A stretch of DNA of 64,000 nt from Rhodospirillaceae bacterium (GTDB lineage: Bacteria; Pseudomonadota; Alphaproteobacteria; SP197): assembly GCA_002722885.1 (NCBI GenBank), contig PBNE01000002.1, positions 258,278 through 322,277 of the forward strand. Direction: 5' to 3'. This document shows, in pieces, positions 1 to 9,639 of the stretch. How positions within the stretch are numbered: the first letter of the stretch is position 1; every line of letters begins with the position of its first letter. Position numbers and translations under genes: made by a program. The notes beneath the pieces are model-generated. The model made no database searches. It saw only the letters and a list, made by a program, of their open reading frames with translations, and was not told where the DNA came from.

Positions 1-1
1 G

Positions 2-181
2 GGCCATTTGATACTGCTTTTGTTCATCCCGACTGAAGACGATCAGCTTGTGCGGCTTGAACCGGTTCAAGACAGTCGACACAAAGGCCTGACCGAATGA
101 TCCGGTACCGCCGGTTACAAGAATGGAGGCTCCATCGATCTCTGGCAGTGGCGCATCAAAGGCGCGTGGTGAATCGCTCAA
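2..181 (-). CDS. pseB: 5' part of UDP-N-acetylglucosamine 4,6-dehydratase (PseB/FlaA1-like), runs off window edge
   Basis: Manual translation from TTG at 181: MSDSPRAFDAPLPEIDGASILVTGGTGSFGQAFVSTVLNRFKPHKLIVFSRDEQKQYQMA. Contains the ILVTGGTGSFG and FSRDExKQ motifs of this family. Confidence 0.8.
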   Translation of the reverse strand, partial: MSDSPRAFDAPLPEIDGASILVTGGTGSFGQAFVSTVLNRFKPHKLIVFSRDEQKQYQMA

Positions 182-310
182 GGGTTTGGCCGATTTTGTA
201 GATTAAAGATTATGGGAAACTGTATGTTGGGTCGTTGGCGTGCGTGAACCACGCTACCGCAGGCCGGGTGAACGCGTCCCCGAGCGCCTTCACCAGCCTT
301 GGGACGTAAT

Positions 311-351
311 GTTCATGACATGAACGCCAGGGTCAAGTTCATTTTCTGAAC
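311..351. promoter_or_regulatory. Two GTTCA-N5-TGAAC palindromes (putative operators) upstream of a TTGACA at 371-376
   Basis: GTTCATGACATGAAC at 311-325 and GTTCATTTTCTGAAC at 337-351, in the divergent pseB/Rieske intergenic region. Confidence 0.55.
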
Positions 352-434
352 GCAAAGCGCTCATGCGGATTTGACATGCCCCGCAGCCCCTTGGAAGCTA
401 GGTGCCTGCCACGCGCTGAACCGGACGATTAGCC

Positions 435-1637
435 ATGTCACACGACGAGCTTTCCCCCGCGACTGTCGCAACACTGGATGAAATGGCCAGGGTCGCCGCC
501 GACGGCAATGCAGGCTGGATGTCCCTGCCGCCGGAATCCTACACGGACCCCGACATCTACCGGCTCGAGATCGAGAAGATTTTCAAGACGACCTGGCTCA
601 ACATCGGCCGCATCGATGAAGTCTCCCAGCGCGGAAGTTATGTCGCACACGAGGTGGCGGGCACACCTATCGCCATGGTGCGGGGACAGGACGACCAGCT
701 CCGTGTCTTCGCCAACATCTGTCAGCACCGCTGGATGAAGCTGCTTGAGGGCAAGGGGCGCAAGGCCGTGATCACCTGCCCCTATCACGCCTGGGCCTAT
801 GGCACTGACGGCGTTCTGCGCCGCGCACCGGGCATGGAACAGCACCCCAGCTTCAAGCCGGACTGCGTGCGCCTGGAAAAACTCAACCATGAGATCTGGC
901 AGGGCTTCGTCTTCGTTAATCTCGACGGCAAGGCCGCGCCACTGGCCCCCCGCCTCACTGGTCTAGACGAGCGGATCAGCGAGTTCCGTCTGGAGTCCTG
1001 GTCGACGGCCCGCACCATCAACCACGGCGAGGTGCCGTGGGACTGGAAGGTCATGCAGGACAACGGCGAGTGTTATCACCATGAAGGCCTGCATCCCCAG
1101 ACTTTCCAGAAGGTCTTCCCCGGAGAGCGGTCGCGCTGTGTCGTGGATGGAGACTGGATCTTCCAGTGGAATCCCGCCCGTGAGGAGATTCTCGAGACCT
1201 CGGCCGCGGGTGAGAAGGTCTTCCCGGGTCTCTTCTTCAAACCGATGGACGGGCTCACCGAGTTCCAGCGCACCAACTTCCATCTGTTTTATGTGCTGCC
1301 GAACTATCTCTTTTACGTGCAGCCCGACTGCGGCATCGCCATCCGTTGCCTGCCCACCGGGTCTGGCAGGATGCACATGGAGACTGATCTTCTGGTGCCT
1401 CCAGGCGCCCGTGACCTGCCCGATTTTGAAGAACGCCTCGATCAGCTCGACGCGTTCTTCAACACCTTCAACGACGAAGACACCACAGCCAACTCGGCGA
1501 TCCAGAAGGCGCTCGATTCCGGCCGTGCCCATCGCGCGCCGCTGTCGCATCTCGAAGCACACAACCGTCATGTCGCGTGGTGGATTGCCGACAAGCTGAC
1601 CGGTGACCGCGAGGCTGCCGCCGTGGCGGCGGAGTAG
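435..1637 (+). CDS. Rieske non-heme iron oxygenase alpha subunit (choline monooxygenase/CntA-like group)
   Basis: Rieske motif CQHR...CPYHAW; mononuclear Fe site DNGECYHHEGLH and distal ED. Confidence 0.9.
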   Translation: MSHDELSPATVATLDEMARVAADGNAGWMSLPPESYTDPDIYRLEIEKIFKTTWLNIGRIDEVSQRGSYVAHEVAGTPIAMVRGQDDQLRVFANICQHRWMKLLEGKGRKAVITCPYHAWAYGTDGVLRRAPGMEQHPSFKPDCVRLEKLNHEIWQGFVFVNLDGKAAPLAPRLTGLDERISEFRLESWSTARTINHGEVPWDWKVMQDNGECYHHEGLHPQTFQKVFPGERSRCVVDGDWIFQWNPAREEILETSAAGEKVFPGLFFKPMDGLTEFQRTNFHLFYVLPNYLFYVQPDCGIAIRCLPTGSGRMHMETDLLVPPGARDLPDFEERLDQLDAFFNTFNDEDTTANSAIQKALDSGRAHRAPLSHLEAHNRHVAWWIADKLTGDREAAAVAAE

Positions 1638-1642
1638 CGCGT

Positions 1643-2635
1643 CTAGCTCTTGTCTTCGAGTTTGGTGATCAGCCGGTCGATGTCGCGTGTTGCATCGCGC
1701 AGAGCTGCAACGATGGCATCGGTGTCATCGTCCAGCGGCAGGTCGTCCACCAGCTTTTCCAGCCGCGCACCCGATCGCCACGCGGCGTGACGTGTGAGTT
1801 CCGACAGGATGCCCGGCTCACCCCAGGTCGTGATCCGTTCGACCTTGGTCGGATCGGGGTCGGCAACATCGGCGGCGACAAAACCCGACACCAGGGTGAT
1901 GCGTTCGACCGGCTCAAACAGACGGGTTGCCCGGTGCAGTACCAGGTGGCCCTGCTGGAACAAGGCATAACCGGGCCCGGGAAAGGTAATGGTTTCGACG
2001 CGGTCTGCGGGCAAGTCATCCAGAAACCCTTCGGTCAGAAGCCCGGGTTCCGTACCCAACAGTGCCGCCGCTTCATCCAGCGTGCCCCGGAAAAACTCAA
2101 AGCGGCCGCCGTTGAGCGCTGCGGGATCGCTGGCCATCAGGACATAGTCGAAGCCGATGGAATCAATGTGCCAGTTGTCGATCGCCTTGGTGATATCGTC
2201 GGGTGCGAAGTTCACATAGACCTGCTGGGACGGCATCGAATGGGGCACCAGCGTGGTCCCGGCGATTTCCGACAGGAAGGCCGCGACTTCGGGGCTGTTG
2301 GCGAGGTCACGCAGGAAAAACGAGCGATAAACAGCACCTGAGACGAAGGCGCTGGTGCGCTGGTTGGCCTCCATGCTCCGTTCACCACGCAGCGCCCGAC
2401 ACATCTCCTGTGTCACCGCGACCCCCTCTTCGCTCAACAGCCGGAAGGGACCGGCAGCGGCAACGTTGGACGGGGTCGAAGAGGCGACATCCTCGTCGTA
2501 GCCAAAGTCACGCAGCGTCCAGGTGCGGGCCGGCGCCTCGAGCGCCAGATGCCGCGCCGCGTCAAACAACGGCTCGGACTCGAGCGGCTGATAAGCCTCT
2601 GGCCCAGAAGACGGAAAAGGTAGAATCGAGGTCAT
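1643..2635 (-). CDS. Fe(II)/2-oxoglutarate-dependent oxygenase-like protein
   Basis: WHID (HxD), GGRFEFF, distal LHRA and ERIT; 71 nt downstream of the mgdD-like gene, same strand. Confidence 0.65.
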   Translation of the reverse strand: MTSILPFPSSGPEAYQPLESEPLFDAARHLALEAPARTWTLRDFGYDEDVASSTPSNVAAAGPFRLLSEEGVAVTQEMCRALRGERSMEANQRTSAFVSGAVYRSFFLRDLANSPEVAAFLSEIAGTTLVPHSMPSQQVYVNFAPDDITKAIDNWHIDSIGFDYVLMASDPAALNGGRFEFFRGTLDEAAALLGTEPGLLTEGFLDDLPADRVETITFPGPGYALFQQGHLVLHRATRLFEPVERITLVSGFVAADVADPDPTKVERITTWGEPGILSELTRHAAWRSGARLEKLVDDLPLDDDTDAIVAALRDATRDIDRLITKLEDKS

Positions 2636-2706
2636 CGCAATGCTCCGTTCTGAGGAACGGAGATCACGCTAATGCGGATTGTGGCGCCTTGGAACCGTCT
2701 GCAGTA

Positions 2707-3408
2707 TCAGCCGGCCAACGCCCTCACAGCGTCCAGTCCCACGGCGCGGCCGTCGAACTCGGCCATCGCGTCAGTCAGGCATTCCCACATGTAAACGATG
2801 GACGCGCTGTCGAGCACCATATCCAGCGCATAGGTATCGCCGCGGTCGTTGCGGATCAGGATGGCGTTCATGCGCGCCACGCTGGTCTGAGCGATCTGGT
2901 GATTGGCAAAACGATGGGTCCGAAGATCGATGCCGCACATCTTGGCCATCATCTCCGGCACGCGGCTGCCGGTGATGGCGATCCGGGTGTTGGTGTCCGA
3001 ACGCGGCACGGGGAAGCAGACTGCACCCTCCATGGTCCAGGCGGCGGCCAGCTTGTCGATGGTCGCGCTATCGGCGTTGTCTCCGGAAACAAGCAGGAGC
3101 TCGCCACCGGAGAGCCGGCAGGCCAGCGTGCCGTCGCCCTGGATCAGGGCCTCGTTGGGCTCCGGCAGGTCGACGCCCTGGCCCGTGGCCCAGCCGGCCA
3201 TGTCCCAGCCCTTGTAGCCGGCGCGCGGCAGGGCCGTCAGATCGGCGATGCCGAGCGCGGCGGCGGCCGAAGTCTCACCGGCCGCGTCGCCATAGTGTTC
3301 AGGGCAGGCAAAGCCGTTCACGTCGGTCCACTGCGCGCCAAGCGCGGTCGAGACACGATAAAGGTTGGAACGGCGGATGCGGTCCGTGGGCTGCAATGAG
3401 TCAGGCAT
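2707..3408 (-). CDS. mgdD: N-methylglutamate dehydrogenase subunit D / sarcosine oxidase gamma subunit
   Basis: GcvT-like folate-binding fold (LGIADLT, AKMCGIDLR, AQTSVAR); last subunit gene of the four-subunit operon. Confidence 0.8.
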   Translation of the reverse strand: MPDSLQPTDRIRRSNLYRVSTALGAQWTDVNGFACPEHYGDAAGETSAAAALGIADLTALPRAGYKGWDMAGWATGQGVDLPEPNEALIQGDGTLACRLSGGELLLVSGDNADSATIDKLAAAWTMEGAVCFPVPRSDTNTRIAITGSRVPEMMAKMCGIDLRTHRFANHQIAQTSVARMNAILIRNDRGDTYALDMVLDSASIVYMWECLTDAMAEFDGRAVGLDAVRALAG

Positions 3409-3417
3409 GATGGGTCC

Positions 3418-6363
3418 TCAAAGCTCCTGTCGGGCGTTGTCGGGGTCAAAGAACGGCAGCGGGACGACCGTGCAGCCGACCATGTCGCCGGTGTTGATGG
3501 CGACCTTCTTGCCTTTCATCTGGCCGGAGTTCACGCGAACCTGGAACCGGGTCCCCACTTCGGCCCGATCGGCGCCGACGTAGGCAAGCCCTATCACCTT
3601 GTCGAGCGTCGGCGAGTAACTGCACGAGGTGACGCGGCCGGTGATGTCGCCGTCCTTGATCACCAGATGACATTCCTTGGGCATGGTCGCACCGGCATCA
3701 AGTTCAAAGCCGACCAGCTTGCGGTCAAGCATGTCGCGCTGGATCTCGATCGAGCGCTTGCCGATGAAGAACGGACGCTTCTTGGCCAGCGCCCAATCCA
3801 TATCGGCTTCCAGCGGATTGGTCAGGCCGTCGGTGTCCTGGCTGACGATGATGTGGCCCTTCTCGAGGCGCAGCAGTCGCTGGCACTCGACACCGAACGG
3901 CTTGATCCCGTGCTCGGCGCCGGCCTCCATCAGAGCATCCCACAGCGCCTCGCCGGAGTGGGCGGGACAGTGGATTTCAAAACCGAGCTCACCGACGAAG
4001 CCGACCCGCAGCAAACGGCACGGAATGCCAGCCACGGTCGCCATGCGGACGCCCATGTAGGAGAACCCTTCGGCCGAGAGATCCTCATCGGTCAGCTTGG
4101 CCAGAACCTCTCGGGACTTCGGACCAGCGATGTTCACGCCACTGAAGGAACCGGTCACATTGGTGACGTCGACCTTCAGACGCCACTGGGCGTTCCAGAA
4201 CAGCATCTCCTTGTAGACGCCGTCGACGCCCGAGGTGGTAGCGGTGACATAGAAGTGGTTGTCATCGAAACGGCAGGCAACACCGTCGTCGGTGATGACA
4301 CCGGTCATGTCGGTCATCAGCGTGTAGCGCGCACGACCGACCTGCTGCTTCTTGTAGGCCCAAGTGTACATACGCTCCATCATCTCGGCCGCATCCGGGC
4401 CGCGAATCTCAAGACCGCCCAGGGTCGAAACATCGATCAGGCCGACGTTCTCGCGCACATTCCGCGCCTCGGCATGGATCGCCGCGTTACGGTCCGATCC
4501 GAGGTTGTAGACCTCCGGGCGATACCACAGACCCGCCAGCATCAGATTGGCGCCGGCTTCGGCGTGGCGATGATGCATTGCAGTGTAGCGTTTCGGCTCG
4601 AAGCTGCGGCCGGCCAGCACACCGATCTTCTCGGCAGTGTAGGGCGGACGCTGTGTGGTCATGCCCGCTTCGTTGACGCTGAGCTCGTTAGCCCTGGCAT
4701 TGAGACGAATCGCATTAAGCCAGGAGTGGCGACCCTGGCTGGGGCCCATGCCGCAGGTCGAGAACCGCTTCATCAGCTCGATGTGAGCATAGCCTTCCTT
4801 GACCGCGTTGTTGAGGTCGTGGATCTGCAGGTCCTCGTCGAAGTCGACGAAATCCTTGGCCTTGGCGTGCTCGAACATCGGCCAGGGATGGTTCTGGCCC
4901 TGCTCGCCCTTGTCGTTGCGCACCGAGGGAATCGCCCCCTTGGTGAAGCCGGCGTCCTTGGCGGCAGACCAGCCCGCGGCGCGGCCCTGCTCGATCACGG
5001 TGTCGAGCAGGAAGCAGCTCGCCACCGAACCCGCGGCATGCATGCCCGCGGGCAGCTCAGCGATCTCGAACATTGACGTCGCGTCGTTGTAGGGCGTCTG
5101 GCCGCCAGCATGCCAGATCAGGTTGGCCGACGGCTGCCATCCGATCGAGGTGATGATCGTGTCGCAGTCGAAGGTGTCGTGGCGGTCAGCGACGCGGCCT
5201 TCGCCCGTGATCCTGGCGACGCGGGCGCCTTCGACACCGTTGAGATGCGGCTTGGCCATGGCCTCATAGACCGTGGCGCCAACCGAGATCGGCACGCCAT
5301 GATCGGCCACCGCATCAGCCAGCTCGTGCTGGGGCCGTTCGCTGGAGAGATCGGCGACACAGGCAACATCGACACCCGCGGCGATCAGATCAAGCGCGGT
5401 GGCATAGCCGTCAGGATTGGCCGTGGCGATCACCGCCCGGTTACCAGGCTTCACGCCGTGGCGGTTCATCAGGCGCTGGGCCGCCGATCCGTACATGACG
5501 CCGGGCAGATCGTTGTTGCGGAACACCAGAGGCTGCTCGTAGCTGCCTGTCGCCACAACGACCGACTTGGCCCGCAGCTTGAACATGCGGGTGCCCTGTA
5601 TGACCGGCAGGAAGTGATCAGTGAACCAGCCGTTGCAGTAGGCACCGGCCAGAACGCGGATGTTCTCTTTGGCTTCGACCGCCTTGATCAGGTTCTCGTG
5701 CTCCTTTGCAGCGCGCTGGCCCTCGGCGTCGAAGCGGGCATAGGTCAGCGACCCGCCGAGACTGGGGTTCTCCTCGATCAGGATCACTTCGATGTCATCG
5801 GCGGTTTCGGCGGCCTCAAGCGCGGCGGCCATTCCGGCGGGGCCGCCGCCGACCACCACGACATCGGCCCAGAGGTACTGCTTGTCGAAGTAACCGTGGG
5901 GTGCATCGAGATTGACAGTGCCCAGGCCCGCCATGCGGCGGATGATCGGCTCCCAATACTTCCAGGCGCCCTTCGGCTTGAAGAACGCCTTGTAGTAGAA
6001 GCCGACCGGCATGAACTTGCCGAACTTGTCGAGCATCTGGGCGCGGTCGTGATCGACGCTGCCGAAGGTGTTCTGTGCGGTGACCGCCATGCCTTCTTCG
6101 ATCAGACGTGTGTCGGCGACCACGTTCGCCTCATCACCGACCTGGACCAGGCTGTTGGCGTCATGGCCGGCTGCCGACAACGTGGCGCGCGGGCGGTGAT
6201 ACTTGAACGAACGTGAGATGATTTTCACGTCCTCGGCCCACAGCGCGCTAGTGATGGTATCGCCAGCGAAGCCAGTCCGGGCCTTGCCGTCGAAGGTGAA
6301 GTTGATCGGGTTGGAACGGTCGATCAGCGAGCCGTGCGGTGCATCGAGACGGTTGCGTGCCAT
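3418..6363 (-). CDS. mgdC: N-methylglutamate dehydrogenase subunit C / sarcosine oxidase alpha subunit
   Basis: SRSFKYHRPR, VVGGGPAG, GMGPSQGRHS, DVSTLGG and C-terminal GcvT domain (RVGFVGELGFEIH, LRLEKGH); 981 aa. Confidence 0.9.
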   Translation of the reverse strand: MARNRLDAPHGSLIDRSNPINFTFDGKARTGFAGDTITSALWAEDVKIISRSFKYHRPRATLSAAGHDANSLVQVGDEANVVADTRLIEEGMAVTAQNTFGSVDHDRAQMLDKFGKFMPVGFYYKAFFKPKGAWKYWEPIIRRMAGLGTVNLDAPHGYFDKQYLWADVVVVGGGPAGMAAALEAAETADDIEVILIEENPSLGGSLTYARFDAEGQRAAKEHENLIKAVEAKENIRVLAGAYCNGWFTDHFLPVIQGTRMFKLRAKSVVVATGSYEQPLVFRNNDLPGVMYGSAAQRLMNRHGVKPGNRAVIATANPDGYATALDLIAAGVDVACVADLSSERPQHELADAVADHGVPISVGATVYEAMAKPHLNGVEGARVARITGEGRVADRHDTFDCDTIITSIGWQPSANLIWHAGGQTPYNDATSMFEIAELPAGMHAAGSVASCFLLDTVIEQGRAAGWSAAKDAGFTKGAIPSVRNDKGEQGQNHPWPMFEHAKAKDFVDFDEDLQIHDLNNAVKEGYAHIELMKRFSTCGMGPSQGRHSWLNAIRLNARANELSVNEAGMTTQRPPYTAEKIGVLAGRSFEPKRYTAMHHRHAEAGANLMLAGLWYRPEVYNLGSDRNAAIHAEARNVRENVGLIDVSTLGGLEIRGPDAAEMMERMYTWAYKKQQVGRARYTLMTDMTGVITDDGVACRFDDNHFYVTATTSGVDGVYKEMLFWNAQWRLKVDVTNVTGSFSGVNIAGPKSREVLAKLTDEDLSAEGFSYMGVRMATVAGIPCRLLRVGFVGELGFEIHCPAHSGEALWDALMEAGAEHGIKPFGVECQRLLRLEKGHIIVSQDTDGLTNPLEADMDWALAKKRPFFIGKRSIEIQRDMLDRKLVGFELDAGATMPKECHLVIKDGDITGRVTSCSYSPTLDKVIGLAYVGADRAEVGTRFQVRVNSGQMKGKKVAINTGDMVGCTVVPLPFFDPDNARQEL

Positions 6364-6369
6364 GAAGGT

Positions 6370-6663
6370 TTACTCCTTCGTCTCAGGTGCGGTGAACTCG
6401 ACGCGATCCTTGTAGACGTCGCTCGCCGCGTAGGTTTTCAGAATCTCGTCGGACCGGGTGTCACGTTCGGCGATGAACCAGAAGGCGGTGGGCGTGTGAT
6501 ACCACCATTCGCGCACCACACCTGCCGTGTTGTTCTCCAGATAGACGTAGTCAATCCAGGTCTCGTTGTCGCAATCAGGCGCGGGCAGGTCCGCAACTTC
6601 GCCACCATAGGCGAACTCGGAAATGTTCCGCGGACCATTGAGAGGGCAGGGCATGATCTTCAT
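6370..6663 (-). CDS. mgdB: N-methylglutamate dehydrogenase subunit B / sarcosine oxidase delta subunit
   Basis: Start reassigned to ATG 6663 (GGGAG upstream): MKIMPCPLNGPRNISEFAYGGE...EWWYH...WFIAERDT. Confidence 0.88.
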   Translation of the reverse strand: MKIMPCPLNGPRNISEFAYGGEVADLPAPDCDNETWIDYVYLENNTAGVVREWWYHTPTAFWFIAERDTRSDEILKTYAASDVYKDRVEFTAPETKE

Positions 6664-6700
6664 AGGCAAACTCCCATGAAACGGGATTCGGAAATAACGG

Positions 6701-7129
6701 TCATAACAGGACCAACAGGACACAGAGCATCGCGGAGATCATCACAGCCGACATCTTGATGGCCGTATGAGATTGATCCCCCGAGATCCAAGTGGCATCG
6801 CTGTCGGTCTGCTCGACCAGCAAGGCGTCGCGTGCTTCGGCTTCGAATGCTGCCGGGACCGAGATGATGCGCCGGCGATAACGCACCAGGTCGGAACACG
6901 AACGATGAAGGAAGTGAAGAAAGGTCGCCATCACGATGAGCACCAGCGCGGCAAAGGCGATGTCGCTGCCTGTCCGATGACCGAAGTAGTCGTCGATCAC
7001 CACAACCGCCGCAAAGAGCAACAGCGAGTAGTTCACGTAGTTGAACTGCATCTCCTTGACGAAACGCACATTGGCCATGGTTTCGGTGAAACCGGCCAGA
7101 ATCTGGCTGTTGGCTGGTTCGTCCGTCAT
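6701..7129 (-). CDS. Small hypothetical membrane protein inside the mgd operon
   Basis: 142 aa, about three hydrophobic segments, fills the gap between beta and delta subunit genes; no family recognised. Confidence 0.6.
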   Translation of the reverse strand: MTDEPANSQILAGFTETMANVRFVKEMQFNYVNYSLLLFAAVVVIDDYFGHRTGSDIAFAALVLIVMATFLHFLHRSCSDLVRYRRRIISVPAAFEAEARDALLVEQTDSDATWISGDQSHTAIKMSAVMISAMLCVLLVLL

Positions 7130-7137
7130 TGCTGATC

Positions 7138-8394
7138 TCAGTGGCCGACACTGGCGGCACCCTTTTCACCGACCAGTTTGAAGTCGTGATAACGCTGCAG
7201 CGCGAAGGGTGCGATGGTCTCAGGCACCTTACCGGTGGCAAGCATCTCGGCGTTGCGCTTGCCGCAGACCGGCGTGGCCTTAAAGCCCCAGGTGCCCCAG
7301 CCTGCATCGATGTAATAGTTGTCGACCGGCGTCTCGCCCATGATCGGGGCGAAGTCCGGCGTCATGTCGGTCATACCGGCCCACTGGCGCAGGAGTTTCA
7401 CCTCGCCGATGTAAGGCAGTAGTTCCATCATGTGCATCATCAGACCCTCCTTGAAGTCGAGGGTCGAACGGGTCTGGTAGACACCATAGGGATCGGTCGA
7501 ACCGCCCATGACCAGCTCGCCGCGCGAGGACTGGCTGACATAGACGTGCAGGCTGCCCGACACGACGATGGCGTCGAGAAACGGCTTGAGCGGCTGGCTC
7601 ACACAGGCCTGCAAGGGAATGGTCTTGAGCGGCAGCTTGAAGCCCGCCATGTCCGAGACCACGCCCGACATGCCGGCGACGCACTGGATCACCTTGCCCG
7701 CCTTGATCGTGCCGCGCGTGGTCTTCACGCCGGCCACCTTGCGCGGGCTGCCGTTCGCCTTGGTGATCTCGAAGCCGGTCACTTCGGTCTTTTGGTGGAT
7801 GTGCACGCCCCGCTTGGCGGCACCGGCGCCATAGCCCCAGGCCACCGCATCATGGCGCGCAATGGCGCCGGGCTGGTGATAGAGCGCACCCATGATCGGA
7901 TAACGAACGTCTTCGGAGTAGTTCAGCTCCGGCACCAGCTTCATGAGGTCGTCGCGCAGCACCAGTTCGGACTGGATGCCGAAGTGCTTGTTGACCTCGG
8001 CGCGCCAGCGCATCGTCCGGACCGCGCTGTCGGTGTGGGCCAGCGTGTAGTGACCACGCTCCGAATACATGAGATTCATGTCGAAGTCGTTGGCGAGGTC
8101 CTTATAGAGGTTCACCGACTCGTCGTAGAACTTCACGCCTTCGGGCGTCAGGTAGTTCGAGCGGATGATGGTGGTGTTCCGGCCGGTGTTGCCGCCGCCG
8201 ATGTAACCCTTGTCGAGCACCGCGACATTGGTGATGCCGTGGTCGACCGCTAGGTAGTAGGCCGTCGCGAGGCCGTGGCCACCGCCGCCCACGATCACGA
8301 TGTCATAGGAGTCCTTGAGGTCCCTGGCGCCGGGCAGCGCACGGGGCACAGGATGACCCTTGTTGAGACCGAATTTTAGCAATCCGAACGGCAT
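7138..8394 (-). CDS. mgdA: N-methylglutamate dehydrogenase subunit A / sarcosine oxidase beta subunit
   Basis: MPFGLLKFGL N-terminus, GGGGHGLATAYYLA, GGGNTGRNTTIIRSNY, IARHDAVAWGY, GWGTWGFKATP, AASVGH C-terminus. Confidence 0.88.
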   Translation of the reverse strand: MPFGLLKFGLNKGHPVPRALPGARDLKDSYDIVIVGGGGHGLATAYYLAVDHGITNVAVLDKGYIGGGNTGRNTTIIRSNYLTPEGVKFYDESVNLYKDLANDFDMNLMYSERGHYTLAHTDSAVRTMRWRAEVNKHFGIQSELVLRDDLMKLVPELNYSEDVRYPIMGALYHQPGAIARHDAVAWGYGAGAAKRGVHIHQKTEVTGFEITKANGSPRKVAGVKTTRGTIKAGKVIQCVAGMSGVVSDMAGFKLPLKTIPLQACVSQPLKPFLDAIVVSGSLHVYVSQSSRGELVMGGSTDPYGVYQTRSTLDFKEGLMMHMMELLPYIGEVKLLRQWAGMTDMTPDFAPIMGETPVDNYYIDAGWGTWGFKATPVCGKRNAEMLATGKVPETIAPFALQRYHDFKLVGEKGAASVGH

Positions 8395-8657
8395 GAAAAC
8401 TCTCCCGGCACGGGCATGAGGCGCAGGGCGGACGTGGCACGTGACACCAGCAACCGACCATTACGAAGCGATCTGCGGTTTAGACCAGCACCGCGTGGCT
8501 GTCCATGCTGCGCAGAACCTTTTTTGGACCAAATCCATACCAAATTCATCCAATAAGAACCGTAGGCGCGGCCACCTGCCCTCATGTTGCCGCGATCATG
8601 AAACAGACAGAATGCTGCTCTTGAACCGACCCCTCAAAGACGCGACAAGGCTCCATC

Positions 8658-9596
8658 ATGCTGCGTTTCCTTGCCACCCTTCTGATCGTCGCCCTGACGC
8701 TTGTGCATCCCGCCCTTGCTGACATCGACGCCGACATCCAGGCAGCCGATCTGTCGGCGCAATCAGGTGACTTCGAGGGATCCCGCGCGATCCTGACCCG
8801 ACTGATCGAATCCGGCGAGCTTGATGCCGAGCGCCAGGCCGTGATGCTGCACAGCCGCGGCACCATCGAGCAGATTCTCGGCAACCCCGAAGCAGCGATC
8901 GAGGATTTCAACAGGGCTATCACACTCTCGGCGACCTACACTGATGCGCTCTACAACAGGGGTGTGGCCCTGATGGCGGTGGGCCGGCCGGCTGATGCCG
9001 CCAATGATTTCGCCGCCGTGTTGCGCGAGGAGCCCGATGCCGTCGATGCCTATGCCGTTCTGGCCGAAGCCCAGCTTGAGATGGGCCTGCTGGATCAGGC
9101 CGTGGCCAACCTCGACCACGCCCTAGCCCTGGCGCCGGGCGAAGGTTTCCTGCTGGTCGCGCGTGCCCATGCCCGTCGCCTGAACGGCGACATGACGGGC
9201 GCGATCATCGACTACGACAACGCGCTCGCCTACTTCGGAGCCGACCCTCAGATCTATTTCGAGCGTGGCCGCACACGGTATGCCGATGGAGACCAGTCCG
9301 GCGCGCTGGAGGACCTCAACCGTGCCCTGGAGCTCGATCCCCTATGGGTCGAACCGATGATCGAGCGAGCCTTTCTGTTCATGGATTACGGCGAGATCAG
9401 TCTTGCACTGGCCGATTTCAACGATGTTCTGGCCCGTTCACCCGAGCATCCTCTGGCTCTGTTCGGCCGTGCTGTGGCCCACGCCGAAACCGGCGACATC
9501 GCCGCCGCCGACGAGGATTTCATGATGGCCTATGCCATGGGCATGAGCCACCCGATCCTCGACGAACGCCTGCGCGAACTCGGTGTGATCGAGTAA
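8658..9596 (+). CDS. Secreted tetratricopeptide repeat protein
   Basis: Signal peptide ending ALA-D; repeated AIEDFNRAI / ALEDLNRALELDP TPR units. Confidence 0.85.
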   Translation: MLRFLATLLIVALTLVHPALADIDADIQAADLSAQSGDFEGSRAILTRLIESGELDAERQAVMLHSRGTIEQILGNPEAAIEDFNRAITLSATYTDALYNRGVALMAVGRPADAANDFAAVLREEPDAVDAYAVLAEAQLEMGLLDQAVANLDHALALAPGEGFLLVARAHARRLNGDMTGAIIDYDNALAYFGADPQIYFERGRTRYADGDQSGALEDLNRALELDPLWVEPMIERAFLFMDYGEISLALADFNDVLARSPEHPLALFGRAVAHAETGDIAAADEDFMMAYAMGMSHPILDERLRELGVIE

Positions 9597-9601
9597 ATCT
9601 G

Positions 9602-9639
9602 CATCATTTTTGCAAAGTATCTTGTTTGCAAAAATGATG
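9602..9639. promoter_or_regulatory. Perfect 15-bp AT-rich inverted repeat overlapping a candidate sigma70 promoter
   Basis: CATCATTTTTGCAAA-gtatcttg-TTTGCAAAAATGATG; contains TTGCAA(9610-9615)-N17-AATGAT(9633-9638). Confidence 0.65.
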
